This document shows, piece after piece, positions 9,433 through 19,380 of a DNA stretch of 64,000 nt. The first letter of the stretch is position 1. Each line of letters starts with the position of its first letter. The stretch comes from an uncultured delta proteobacterium (GTDB lineage: Bacteria > Desulfobacterota > Binatia > UBA9968), in assembly GCA_963803415.1 (NCBI GenBank), contig CAWDMI010000002.1, positions 2,723,512-2,787,511 of the forward strand. The letters run 5' to 3'. A program made the translations under genes and the position numbers. Below the pieces are notes generated by a model, which had not been told where the DNA came from, ran no database searches, and saw nothing but the letters and a program-made list of their open reading frames with translations.

Positions 9433-9968
9433 TCCGGGACGATGCGATGTCACTTCAAAAAATGCCCAATTAGCAGAAGAATTTTTAAAGGACATTATTA
9501 GGCAGCTCGGGGAGAGGGTTGAGAAGGACACTTTTAAGTTACAAAAGGTAATCAAAAAGATACTAAACGAGACGTGTTTGGGGGCATCGCCGGTACTACG
9601 AAGATCACCACCGACGTAAGCACGCACTCCCTACCCCGAGCTTGTTATGGGGTAACCTTGAGTCTCCTGGCCCGTGTATTGTTGCCTTCGTTAGTCTCAC
9701 TAGCCGTGTTATCGGCATCGGCCACTGCGATAACGAAATAGCTCCCGCCACAATACCAGGCGGGATGGTAACCACGGTCAAGCCAACATACCTTGGCGAG
9801 AAAAGCGTCCCATGCCGCCATTGTGTGTGAGATCAGGACCGCCGGTAACCGGGAAGCTGGTTTGAATGGAATGTCTGTGCGTTTCCCAGGATGTCGTTCC
9901 GGCTTTCAAAGCCATTCGTCCAGCGTCTTGCACTTCGAACCATTTTCGGTCAGGAAATAACTACAGAG

Positions 9969-10634
9969 ATGATACTCAGAAAATGTGTGAGGATACCCTG
10001 CGGCATTGGCAGCGTGCTTCTCTTGATGGCTTTGGGCGTGCCTCAAACTGAGGGGGAGGGCTATCCTCCGGCGCAGTTTGCGCAAGTCGGAAGACAAACC
10101 GACCCGGTCGGGCAGCGAAGAGAGGAGATACGAAAGGCAGACACCGACGCGCAAAGAGGGGATAACCAGGGGAGACAGAGTTCCCAAGGTTCACGTGAGA
10201 CGCCCACAATACAGAACGAAGCATTGCGGCGGATCCAGGAGCCAACTCAATTCGAGAGACAAACGGAACCAGCGCTAGAACGCCAACAACGACAATTCTA
10301 CGAGGGCCAGAAGCCAATCGAGCCGCAACAACAAAAACCGGAACAACAAAAAAAGGCCGTTGTTTTAGGTGGCTGCGCCGAAGGCTATGTGTGGCGCGAA
10401 GCGATTCCTGGCGATCACGTTTGCGTCACGCCTGACGCGCGCTCCCAAGTGCAGCGCGATAACAACCAGGCGCTGGACCACAGGGATCCAAAGGGCGCCA
10501 ATGGCGTGAACACCTGCGTTGAGGGTTACGTCTGGCGCGAAGCCGCTCCCGGCGACTACGTTTGCGTTAGGCCCGAAGTTCGTGCCCAGGCACAACGTGA
10601 TAACACTGAAGGCGTGAATCGAGCTGCGCGGTAG
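9969..10634 (+). CDS. Secreted protein with a Q/E/R-rich low-complexity region and two tandem approximately 33-aa Cys repeats (C-x-EGYVWREA-x-PGD-x-VCV-x-P-x-x-R-x-Q-x-QRDN)
   Basis: Putative signal peptide MILRKCVRIPCGIGSVLLLMALGV. The repeats CAEGYVWREAIPGDHVCVTPDARSQVQRDN and CVEGYVWREAAPGDYVCVRPEVRAQAQRDN were read directly. Start uncertain; the ORF is open from 9891. Confidence 0.45.
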   Translation: MILRKCVRIPCGIGSVLLLMALGVPQTEGEGYPPAQFAQVGRQTDPVGQRREEIRKADTDAQRGDNQGRQSSQGSRETPTIQNEALRRIQEPTQFERQTEPALERQQRQFYEGQKPIEPQQQKPEQQKKAVVLGGCAEGYVWREAIPGDHVCVTPDARSQVQRDNNQALDHRDPKGANGVNTCVEGYVWREAAPGDYVCVRPEVRAQAQRDNTEGVNRAAR

Positions 10635-10862
10635 CCGCGTTTCAAAGCGCGCCGTTTGTTTGTATGCAGACGGTTTTGTTAATTCTTCTTCTCGCCAATC
10701 TAAAAACTGAATTCTCTCACTCCTCACATCTCACGCCTATTTGATGACCTTTCTTCCGCGCCTTGCGCTCTGCCCTTTGCTCCGTGCGCCTTCTTCCATT
10801 TAGCCACCTTATCATGAGGCCCTACCTTGACCTCCGTCGCGGCTGGAGGCTATTATGGCCAC

Positions 10863-11147
10863 ATGAAAAAAGCAAGCGTTTCGGAGCTCAAGAATCAAAT
10901 CAGCCGTTACCTCGATTACGTAAAGCATGGAGAGACCGTACTGGTTTTAGATCGCAGGGTCCCCGTGGCCGAACTGAAGCCCGTCGCCGGGAAGTCGTCT
11001 AGCGGAAAACTTATCGCCCTGGAGCGAAAAGGCATCATCCGATTGGGCAGCGGCAAGATTCCTGAGAAGTTCTTCAGGGCAAAACTCAGCGGTAAGCGTG
11101 CGCGGATTTTGGACGCGCTCTTAGAGGAGAGGGAGAAGGGACGGTGA
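10863..11147 (+). CDS. vapB: Phd/YefM-type antitoxin (VapB-like)
   Basis: MKKASVSELKNQISRYLDYVKHGETVLVLDRRVPVAELKP is a typical Phd/YefM N-terminus. It overlaps the downstream PIN gene by 4 bp. Confidence 0.75.
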   Translation: MKKASVSELKNQISRYLDYVKHGETVLVLDRRVPVAELKPVAGKSSSGKLIALERKGIIRLGSGKIPEKFFRAKLSGKRARILDALLEEREKGR

Positions 11148-11569
11148 GGTTCTGGGATGCCTCCGCGATCGTGCCTCTGGTCGCGATAGCGAAGGAAACC
11201 GGCGATTGCCGCATGCTTTTAACCGAAGATAGCGACATCGTGGTTTGGCTTCTGACTCCCGTAGAGGTGGTATCAGCATTGACCCGGAGACTCAGAGAAA
11301 GATCTCTCAAACCTATTGAGTTTAGCAAGGCTAAAGAGCAACTCGCCACTCTGGAAATAGCTTGGTCCGAGGTCATCTCCGTAGAGCGAGTTCGAGAACG
11401 CGCGCGGCGGCTGCTGGAAACGCATCCCCTTCGGGCAGCCGATTCTTTACAACTGGCGGCCGCGCTCATCGCCTCCGAGGAGAATCCACAAGGCTTTCCC
11501 TTTGTCGCTCTGGATCGGCGGTTGGGTGGTGCCGCAGAAAGGGAAGGGTTTCACGTTCTAGGAGTCTAA
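11144..11569 (+). CDS. vapC: VapC PIN-domain toxin (GTG start)
   Basis: MRFWDASAIVPL...LLTEDSD...LRAADSLQLAAAL are PIN acidic-residue motifs. The gene is translationally coupled to the antitoxin. Confidence 0.75.
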   Translation: MRFWDASAIVPLVAIAKETGDCRMLLTEDSDIVVWLLTPVEVVSALTRRLRERSLKPIEFSKAKEQLATLEIAWSEVISVERVRERARRLLETHPLRAADSLQLAAALIASEENPQGFPFVALDRRLGGAAEREGFHVLGV

Positions 11570-11709
11570 CGGCTCTTGTCCTTCTCGTTTTCTTCTCCTA
11601 TTATTGCTCCTTCAACTTCGCCACGACCGCTGTACTTATCGCAGCCGCATCCCACCCTGTCAATCACAAACGCTGCGAGGTGATGTGCCGATTCGATCGG
11701 TGTGAAATT

Positions 11710-13017
11710 CTAAAGCTTGGCGACGAAACGGCCTGGGTTGAGAATTCCGTGAGGGTCGAATTGTTTCTTGATCTCGCGCATCAGGCTTAGACTCGCGGGC
11801 GGGGGACCCCAGATGTCAATGCCTTGTTTTAACGACGCGGGCGCGGCGATGATCACGGCATGTCCCCCGTGTTCTTGGGCCAGCCGAGTGAGTTTGGCAA
11901 ACCATCCGATACCTTCCGGCGCTGGATTCGTCTGCATCCACATTGCGCCGCTCTGCGCGTGCGCGATAACTTGCGCCGATTGAATGCCATCGTTCGACTG
12001 GTCGAGCGCCATCCACACGTCGCCGATTGACGCCAGCGGGAGAGTCAGACGGTAAACAATGCCGTCTGTATCCACACCGAAGTCACGGATCTGGTTCCAC
12101 AGTCGTTCATGCTGAACGTGCCGCAGAACCTCGGAATCGAGCTCGTGTCGGTTGGCTATTGACTGGAAATCACGGAGATGGCGCTCGACGACCCCGGTGA
12201 ATCCCTCCGCCCGCACCGCAATCGCCGCCGTGTCTTTCTGAAATCCATTCGCCTGCGCCGCCGCGCCGTTGAACACGGTGACTGCGGTCGGCAGAAGCAT
12301 GGAAGAAGAGATTTCTTCTGCGACCTTGACGCAGTCGACCAATGATCCCTGGGCGATGAGCGTTGCGGAATCTTCGAAAAGCGGGGCGAGTTTGAACGTC
12401 GCTTCAGTAATGATTCCTAGCGTTCCTAAAGAGCCGACGAAAAGTTTGCACATGTCATAACCCGCGACGTTTTTGACAACCTTGCCGCCTGCTTTGATCA
12501 CTTCGGCTGTCGCCAGCGTCACTTTCATGCCGATCGTGAGGTCACGGGTACTGCCGTACGAGACCCGCCGCGGCCCGCTAAGATTCGTCGCGAGAACGCC
12601 GCCGACGGTCGCGCGCGACGGGCGAGGAGGATCAAGCGGCAGAAATTGATTGCGCTGTACGAGGGTCTCCTGCACCACGCTGAGACTTATGCCGGCTTCG
12701 ACTGTAGCCGTGAGGTTAGCGTCGTCGTGCTCGACCAGCCGGTTCAACCGGCCGAGGTCGATCACGACATCGAGCTGCCGCGGTGGATTGCCCAACGCCA
12801 TGGCTGTTCCACCACCCCAAGGGGCGATGGCCGCTTCGGCTTCGTTGCAGATACGTAACACCGCCGCAATTTGTGCCGCAGTGAGCGGATAACACAGGAG
12901 CGCAGGCCGTTGGCCGTCGACGATATGTCGGTTGAGCAGGTTAGGCTCCGCCGTTACGGCGTCAGGGCTGAGCGCGGATTCCAGCCTTTGCGCGAGCTGG
13001 TCCTCGCTAAGCTTCAT
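11710..13017 (-). CDS. glcE: Glycolate oxidase FAD-binding subunit GlcE
   Basis: FAD-binding PCMH-type domain. It overlaps glcF by 4 bp and sits in glcD-glcF-glcE order. Confidence 0.75.
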   Translation of the reverse strand: MKLSEDQLAQRLESALSPDAVTAEPNLLNRHIVDGQRPALLCYPLTAAQIAAVLRICNEAEAAIAPWGGGTAMALGNPPRQLDVVIDLGRLNRLVEHDDANLTATVEAGISLSVVQETLVQRNQFLPLDPPRPSRATVGGVLATNLSGPRRVSYGSTRDLTIGMKVTLATAEVIKAGGKVVKNVAGYDMCKLFVGSLGTLGIITEATFKLAPLFEDSATLIAQGSLVDCVKVAEEISSSMLLPTAVTVFNGAAAQANGFQKDTAAIAVRAEGFTGVVERHLRDFQSIANRHELDSEVLRHVQHERLWNQIRDFGVDTDGIVYRLTLPLASIGDVWMALDQSNDGIQSAQVIAHAQSGAMWMQTNPAPEGIGWFAKLTRLAQEHGGHAVIIAAPASLKQGIDIWGPPPASLSLMREIKKQFDPHGILNPGRFVAKL

Positions 13018-14321
13018 TGCGGCGACGAAGTTTCGGCCGCGCTATAGGAGCGGTCAAGAAGATCCACTAGGTGGTACACCTCGATACGGGGGCCGTATTG
13101 CCGCGCGCCGTAGCGGAGCTGAAGCATGCAGCCTGGGTTGGGGGCTACGACGGCTTGCGCGTTGGTCGCGGCGATGGACTGCATTTTCTCTTGCAAGAGA
13201 TTCTGTGACATAGCGGAATGCGTAAGGTTGTAAATCCCGGCACTGCCGCAACAGCGATCGGCACCGTCCATTTCGACGAGCTTCAATCCCGGGATGGCTT
13301 GAATGAGTTGTCTTGGCTGAGAGCGAATGCGCTGGCCATGAGCCAGGTGGCAGGGATCCTGGTAGGTTACGGTCATATTGAGCGGGGCGAGCTTGCCGAT
13401 AAGACCGAGATCGGCGAGAAACTCGGCGGAGTCTTTGACAATCGCGGCGAATTGTTTTGCCTTCCCAGCATAAGCGGAATCGTCCCGCAACAGATAACCG
13501 TACTCTTTCATCGCGGCGCCACACCCGGCTGCGTTCGCGATGATGACATCAACTCCGGCAGCGAGAAATGCCCCGATGTTCCGCCGCGCCATCTCCTTTG
13601 CCGCCGTGCTTTCACCGTTGTGAACGTTTAGCGCGCCGCAGCAGGTTTGGTTTCTTGGAAACACAACCTCGCAACCGTTGCGCTGCAGGACGCGTACCGT
13701 GGCTTCATTCACGTCGCCGAAAAAGTACGGCATGACGCACCCGCTTAGCATGCCCACTTTTGCGCGGCGCGCGCCGATTGACGGTAACGATTCCCGCTTG
13801 AGTTCAAAAAAGCTCTTTGGGATCGTCGGCAGCATCGAATCCATCTCCCTGATCGTCTTCGGTAAGAACGGTCGAGCGGCGAGCTGCAGACCGGTGCGCT
13901 GATAAACGCGCAAGAAACGCGCTGCCCATCTTAGACGCTCAGGGTAGGGAAGTAGCCGGGTAAATGCGAAGTTAAGGACCGAGCGGGAAAGATTTGATCC
14001 GGGCGGGCCGATCATTTCCCGGGCCTTTTCTGCGATGTGTCCGTACTGGACGCCTGAAGGGCAAGCGCTCTCGCAAGCGCGGCAGAGAAGACAAAGGTGC
14101 AAATGTTCTTTAAAGCGATCGTTGAGCTCGATGCGGCCGTCCGCGGCAGCCTTGACCAGGTGAATTCTGCCTCGCGGTGATTCCGGTTCCAAGCGCAGTA
14201 CACGATAGGTCGGGCATTGATTCAGACAAAGCCCGCAGTGGACGCAGCGGTAGAGCTCGGGGATCTCTAATGCGCTTACCTTACCGCGCTCGGGGGCTTG
14301 TGATTTTTCCCCAATGTTCAC
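13014..14321 (-). CDS. glcF: Glycolate oxidase iron-sulfur subunit GlcF (2x4Fe-4S plus CCG domains)
   Basis: CVHCGLCLNQCP and CLLCRACESACP ferredoxin motifs plus C-terminal CCG cysteine clusters. Confidence 0.8.
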   Translation of the reverse strand: MNIGEKSQAPERGKVSALEIPELYRCVHCGLCLNQCPTYRVLRLEPESPRGRIHLVKAAADGRIELNDRFKEHLHLCLLCRACESACPSGVQYGHIAEKAREMIGPPGSNLSRSVLNFAFTRLLPYPERLRWAARFLRVYQRTGLQLAARPFLPKTIREMDSMLPTIPKSFFELKRESLPSIGARRAKVGMLSGCVMPYFFGDVNEATVRVLQRNGCEVVFPRNQTCCGALNVHNGESTAAKEMARRNIGAFLAAGVDVIIANAAGCGAAMKEYGYLLRDDSAYAGKAKQFAAIVKDSAEFLADLGLIGKLAPLNMTVTYQDPCHLAHGQRIRSQPRQLIQAIPGLKLVEMDGADRCCGSAGIYNLTHSAMSQNLLQEKMQSIAATNAQAVVAPNPGCMLQLRYGARQYGPRIEVYHLVDLLDRSYSAAETSSPQ

Positions 14322-14404
14322 GATCGTCCTTCTCTAGCCGTGCTCGGGTTTCGTGCTCGTGCTCGTTACGAACACGAACCACTAACACGAACAACGATCA
14401 GACA

Positions 14405-15868
14405 TCAGATCCATAACCCCGGTGGAATGGGACCTGGTTGCCCCGTGATCTCGCCGCAGCCCAAGGGTGTGGGAAACAGCTTTGCCGGGTTAAAGCGATG
14501 ATCCGGGTCGAAGGCTCGACGGACCCGCGTCATTGCTTCGAGATCGGCCTCGTTGAACAAAAGTCCGATATAGGCTTTCTTTTCCAGGCCGATGCCGTGC
14601 TCGCCGGTAATGCTACCGCCGAGCTCGATGCAGGCGCGCAGCGTGGCCGCGCCGGCCTCGACAACCCGATCGAACTCTCCGGGATTGCGCATATCGAACA
14701 GGATATTCGGGTGGAGATTGCCGTCCCCGGCGTGGAACACGTTGGCAATGCGGAGGTTAAATTGCTTGCTGATATCGGCGATACGCCGCATCATCTCCGG
14801 TAGCTTGCTCCGCGGCACGACGCCGTCCTGGACGTAATAGTTCGGCGCCAGGGCGCCCATGGCGCCGAAAGCGCCTTTTCGGCCTTTCCATAGGAGCTGC
14901 CGCTGAGCTTCGTCCTTAGCGACTCTAACCTCTCGGGAGCGATTATGTTCGCAGATCGCGCCCACGAGACCGATAGAGCACTGAGTCTGTTCGCGCATGC
15001 CCTCGACTTCGACGAGTAGTACCGCTTCGGCGTCGCGGGGAAAACCAACCGGTGAGCCAGTTTCCACCGCCTCGATGGTTGTCCGGTCCATCATCTCCAA
15101 GGCCGCGGGAATGATGCCTGCCGCCGTGATATCGACGACGGTCTGTGTCGCCGTATCCATCTGGTCAAAGATCGCCAGCAGCGTGCTGACGGACTCGCGC
15201 GTCTTCATCAGTCTCAGCGCTACTTTCGTCACGACGCCCATGGTTCCTTCGGAGCCGACGAAAACACCGCAGAGGTCGTAGCCGGGGCTGTCGGGGACTT
15301 GGCCGCCGAGCCACACGACCTGTCCGTCATCCAAGACAACCTCGAGACCCAGAACATGGTTGGTCGTCACGCCATAGGCAAGTGTGTGAGGGCCGCCGGA
15401 ATTGTTGGCGACGTTGCCGCCAATGGAGCAGGCGGCCTGGCTGCTCGGATCGGGCGCGTAGAAGAAGCCGTCTTTGGTTACGGCCTTGGTGACGTCGGCG
15501 TTGGTCACGCCGGGTTCGACAATCGCGATGCGGTTCGGCAGATCGATTTCAATTATACGATTCAGGCGCGCCAGGGAGAGAACAATCCCCCCCTCGGCCG
15601 GCACGGCCCCACCGGCGAGTCCGGTTCCCGAGCCGCGGGGAACAATCGGTAGGTTCGCGCGCCGCGCAAGGCGAATTACCGCTGCAACCTGTTCGACGTC
15701 GGCCGGCAGTACTACCATCTCGGGCAGCGCCTGAAAGATCGAGCCGTCCTGCTCGTATACGATCACGTCTCCCTTATCGACGAGGAGGTAGCGCGGGCCG
15801 ACGATTTCGCGCAGGTCACGGATGAGCACTTCCCGGTTCAAGCTTTGGACCTCAAAACTGCAATACAC
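14405..15868 (-). CDS. glcD: Glycolate oxidase subunit GlcD / FAD-linked oxidase
   Basis: FAD_binding_4 (RGSGTGLAGGAVP) and a C-terminal FAD-oxidase domain. Confidence 0.8.
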   Translation of the reverse strand: MYCSFEVQSLNREVLIRDLREIVGPRYLLVDKGDVIVYEQDGSIFQALPEMVVLPADVEQVAAVIRLARRANLPIVPRGSGTGLAGGAVPAEGGIVLSLARLNRIIEIDLPNRIAIVEPGVTNADVTKAVTKDGFFYAPDPSSQAACSIGGNVANNSGGPHTLAYGVTTNHVLGLEVVLDDGQVVWLGGQVPDSPGYDLCGVFVGSEGTMGVVTKVALRLMKTRESVSTLLAIFDQMDTATQTVVDITAAGIIPAALEMMDRTTIEAVETGSPVGFPRDAEAVLLVEVEGMREQTQCSIGLVGAICEHNRSREVRVAKDEAQRQLLWKGRKGAFGAMGALAPNYYVQDGVVPRSKLPEMMRRIADISKQFNLRIANVFHAGDGNLHPNILFDMRNPGEFDRVVEAGAATLRACIELGGSITGEHGIGLEKKAYIGLLFNEADLEAMTRVRRAFDPDHRFNPAKLFPTPLGCGEITGQPGPIPPGLWI

Positions 15869-16011
15869 GAGCGCAAGAAAATTTACCAGCCGGGACGGGT
15901 CATAGGGTGGCGGCAGTTTTTTACAGGCTGCTCAAAAAGACTCAAAGGGCGAGGCGCACGCGATTTGAACCGGCTGAACGTTTTGCATCATTTAAGCTGT
16001 TCAAATCATCC

Positions 16012-16040
16012 TTGACAGTACCCGTCGCCTGAAATATTTG
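16012..16040 (+). promoter_or_regulatory. Possible sigma-70 promoter TTGACA-N17-TATTTG upstream of the cytochrome gene
   Basis: Hexamers read directly; the -10 box is weak. Confidence 0.3.
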
Positions 16041-16080
16041 GGAGTAGCGCACAGAGGCATCTCTAATGGTAGGAGGGGTC

Positions 16081-17193
16081 ATGAATCGAATCAGTGTAAT
16101 CTTTGCGGGACTGGGTCTTCTCACACTCGGGATTTCCGCCGGATGGGGCGCTTCTCGCCTGATGGGCAAAGAGAGGGAGGAAGCAAAGCAACTTTACGCT
16201 GATGCGTGCGCTTCTTGCCACGGCGACGATGGCAAGGGACAGGTCTCCGGCCTGGGCGTTAGCGTACCGCTCCCGGATTTCACTTGGTGCGCATTCAATT
16301 CAGAAGAGACCGATCGAGACTGGGGCCTTGTTGTCGCCGAAGGGGGAGCAGCAGTGGGGCGTTCTGAGCAGATGCCGGCTTTTCACGAGGCACTAACAGA
16401 CCAACAAATCAATCAAGTAATCGCCTATGTTAGAACGTTCTGCACCGAAGATTGGCCGTCGGCCGATCTGAACTTTCCCAGGCCGTTCGTAACCGAAAAG
16501 GCTTTCCCTGAAAACGAACTCGTTCTCACCTGGAATTTCGCCCGCACTCCCGACAAAGAGCGAGACGCTCAGTTCGTATGGGGCCTTGAGAAGCGTTTGG
16601 GAGCCCGGACCCAAATTGAACTGAACCTTCCGTTTTCCATTAGAGATCCGAAGGACGGCGCGACGATTGGAGGGATCGGAGACGTCGAGGCGGCGGTAAA
16701 ATATGCCCTCTACTACAACGATGAAAGTCTCTTTATCCTCAGCGGAGGACTTGAGGTCGGGATGCCGACAGGGAATTTTCATCGGGAATTAGGCGAAGGA
16801 ACAACGACTCTTTCTCCTTTCCTCGCAGCCGGAAAAGCGTGGGGAGATTTCGTGAGCCAGGGAAGTTTGAAGTTTGAATATCCTTTTGTCACACGGCGGG
16901 CGCCAAAAGCGATATTCTATAATCTAGCGTTCTCCTATCCTATTCTTTATGCGGGGAGAGGAACAGAAGTTCAGGCGCTTTTCGAATTCAACGGCCAGAG
17001 CGAGTGGGGAAATCAAAGCGCGAAGCCTTTTCAGCTTTATCTCACGGCCGGTCTGCGGAAAGGAATCACTCTGTCAGGGAACTGGGCGATCGCCCTGGGA
17101 GTGCAAGTGCCGGTGACCCCGGCTAGAGAAACTAACTACCGTGTGATGGGCTATCTTCTCTACGAGCTTCCGGCGTTCCGCTTTGGACGATAG
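16081..17193 (+). CDS. Monoheme c-type cytochrome domain fused to a putative outer-membrane beta-barrel (MetA-pathway/Phenol_MetA_deg-like GxGD barrel)
   Basis: Signal peptide, CASCHG heme motif, and an amphipathic beta-strand-like C-terminal 280 aa with a GGIGDVE motif and an aromatic C-terminus. An RBS aggagg precedes the ATG at 16081. Confidence 0.55.
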   Translation: MNRISVIFAGLGLLTLGISAGWGASRLMGKEREEAKQLYADACASCHGDDGKGQVSGLGVSVPLPDFTWCAFNSEETDRDWGLVVAEGGAAVGRSEQMPAFHEALTDQQINQVIAYVRTFCTEDWPSADLNFPRPFVTEKAFPENELVLTWNFARTPDKERDAQFVWGLEKRLGARTQIELNLPFSIRDPKDGATIGGIGDVEAAVKYALYYNDESLFILSGGLEVGMPTGNFHRELGEGTTTLSPFLAAGKAWGDFVSQGSLKFEYPFVTRRAPKAIFYNLAFSYPILYAGRGTEVQALFEFNGQSEWGNQSAKPFQLYLTAGLRKGITLSGNWAIALGVQVPVTPARETNYRVMGYLLYELPAFRFGR

Positions 17194-17572
17194 TTGGTCT
17201 CTTGCTTGCGGTCGCGAGCAAACGGCCAGCGGACACGCCTACAAGCGTATCCGGGCGCCGGTTCGGGTTGTCAATCCGCACACTGAAGTTTTCGTTTTCG
17301 GTATCTTGCTCGAATCTTAACCAACCCCGAAGAGTCGCTGAAGAAGTCTGGTTCAATGGAACCAGCCAATAACTGATCGCAGAAGGTTCTGCGCATTTTC
17401 AATGCTCCCTTAGATCACCAATTTGCCAACGAACGTCAACCGTAAAACCTGAACCGCTATTAACAGTTGGAGAAGCGACTTAACGTCAAGACCCGCGCGC
17501 GACCTATCCTTCGTCGAGGTCGGTCGTCGCTTGTTTGGCAGGCCGGAAGAGATTTTTTTTGGACTCGCCGTA

Positions 17573-18421
17573 CTACTTAACCGCGCCCATGGTAAAGCCG
17601 GCGATAAAGCGATCGACAAAAAAATTATAAAGAATTGCAACCGGAACGCTGGCAATAAAGCAACCAGCCATCAGCGAGCCCCAGAAATAGACGTCCCCAT
17701 GGACCAAAAAGGTGGGAACGCCCACGCTGACCGTAAGATTTTTTACCGACGAGATGAAAGTCACGGCGTAGACGAATTCTTGAACTACGAGGGTAAAGCT
17801 GAAAATGGCGACGGTAAGAACTCCCGCCAGCGAGATCGGCACAACGACCCGAATAAATGCGCCAAGACGGCTGCAGCCGTCGATCATGGCGGCCTCTTCC
17901 ACGTCTTTTGGAATCGCCTTGAAGAAACCCATCATCAGCCAAGTGGAAAATGGCACCGTGAAAGAAGGATAAACCAACACCAGCGACCATAACGAATCGT
18001 CCAGATGGAGGCTCACCACGACGCGCGAAAGCGGTATGAACAAGAGCGTCGGCGGAACCAGATAAGTGAGAAAGATCCCGATGCCCAGTCGCTCGCCCCA
18101 AGCACTGGTCATCCGCGCCAAAGCGTACCCCGCTGGGACCGCCAACACCAGCGTGATGATCACGACCAGCACGCCGACAAACGCGGTATTGAGCAACCAT
18201 TGACTATATTCGGTTTCGGTAAACAAACGGTGGATATGCTCCAGCGTCGGCGCTTCGTAAAAAAGAAACGGATTGTGATTAAGATTGTAAAGATCGCTCT
18301 GGCGTTTGAACGCGGTGATGAGCATCCAGAAAAAAGGAAAGGCGAGAAAAAAGGTAATTGAGCAGAGAATGCTCCACTGCGTCGCCCAAGCCCCCCAACG
18401 TTTGACTCGCTCGACATTCAC
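17573..18421 (-). CDS. Sugar ABC transporter permease (MalG/UgpE-like)
   Basis: Six transmembrane segments and an EAA-loop region. Confidence 0.8.
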   Translation of the reverse strand: MNVERVKRWGAWATQWSILCSITFFLAFPFFWMLITAFKRQSDLYNLNHNPFLFYEAPTLEHIHRLFTETEYSQWLLNTAFVGVLVVIITLVLAVPAGYALARMTSAWGERLGIGIFLTYLVPPTLLFIPLSRVVVSLHLDDSLWSLVLVYPSFTVPFSTWLMMGFFKAIPKDVEEAAMIDGCSRLGAFIRVVVPISLAGVLTVAIFSFTLVVQEFVYAVTFISSVKNLTVSVGVPTFLVHGDVYFWGSLMAGCFIASVPVAILYNFFVDRFIAGFTMGAVK

Positions 18422-18422
18422 G

Positions 18423-19367
18423 TCACGCCACCTCGGTGCGCCGGGCTATGCGCAGGAATCCGAGAGCCACGGTCAGAAGCAAAGGAAATAGGAATAGCGA
18501 AATCGCCGCGCCTTCGGCGAGATCACCCCCGGCGATGCCCGTATAGAATGCCAGGCTCGCCAGCACCTGCGTGCTATCAAATGGTCCGCCGCGCGTCAGG
18601 TTATAAATGATGATCATGTCGGTGAAGGTAAAGATCAAACCGAAAAGCAGGGCCACCAAGCTGATCGGCAGGATCAGCGGCACGGTTACTTGGAAAAAAT
18701 GGCGCCAAAAGCTTGCGCCATCCACTGCCGCTGCATCGTGAATATCTTTTGAGATTGAGCTGTGGCCGGCGAGCAGAATGACGGTTGCCAACGGCAGCTG
18801 GCGCCAGACATTCACCGCTATGATCGAACCCATCGCCAAATTCGGTACGCCAAGCCACATGAAACCCTGGCCGTGGACCAGACCGAGTAGGCGCAGTGTC
18901 CAGTTCAGAACACTATAGGTGGAATCAAAGATCCACAGCCAGCCAATCGTGCCGATTGAAATCGGCGCCACCCAAGGCAGCAGGATGAGAAAGCGAATCA
19001 ATTTTTTGGCGCGAAATTCCTTTTGCAACACGAGCGCCAACGCGTGGCTGAGAAGCAAAATCACAAGCTGCGAGAGCAGCGCAAAAATCAGGGTATTTTT
19101 CAGTGCGGTTTGAAACTTTGGCGTGCCAATGATGTTGGTGAAATTGCGTAAACCGACAAAGGTCATGCTCTGGCCGCCGATGGTAGTGTTGCTGACGCTA
19201 TAATAAAGGGACATGAAGAAAGGGACTCCGACCAGCAGCATAATGTAAAGCACTGCCGGGCCGATCAACAACGACCCAAGCCAGTGTTCGTTATCAAATA
19301 TCGCTTGATAACCTCGCTGCTTTTTCGCGGGTCGCGGCATTTGTGTGAATTGCGCGGATGCATTCAT
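18423..19367 (-). CDS. Sugar ABC transporter permease (MalF/UgpA-like)
   Basis: Transmembrane profile and EAA motif (HDAAAVDGAS). Confidence 0.8.
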   Translation of the reverse strand: MNASAQFTQMPRPAKKQRGYQAIFDNEHWLGSLLIGPAVLYIMLLVGVPFFMSLYYSVSNTTIGGQSMTFVGLRNFTNIIGTPKFQTALKNTLIFALLSQLVILLLSHALALVLQKEFRAKKLIRFLILLPWVAPISIGTIGWLWIFDSTYSVLNWTLRLLGLVHGQGFMWLGVPNLAMGSIIAVNVWRQLPLATVILLAGHSSISKDIHDAAAVDGASFWRHFFQVTVPLILPISLVALLFGLIFTFTDMIIIYNLTRGGPFDSTQVLASLAFYTGIAGGDLAEGAAISLFLFPLLLTVALGFLRIARRTEVA

Positions 19368-19380
19368 GGATCAGATGATT

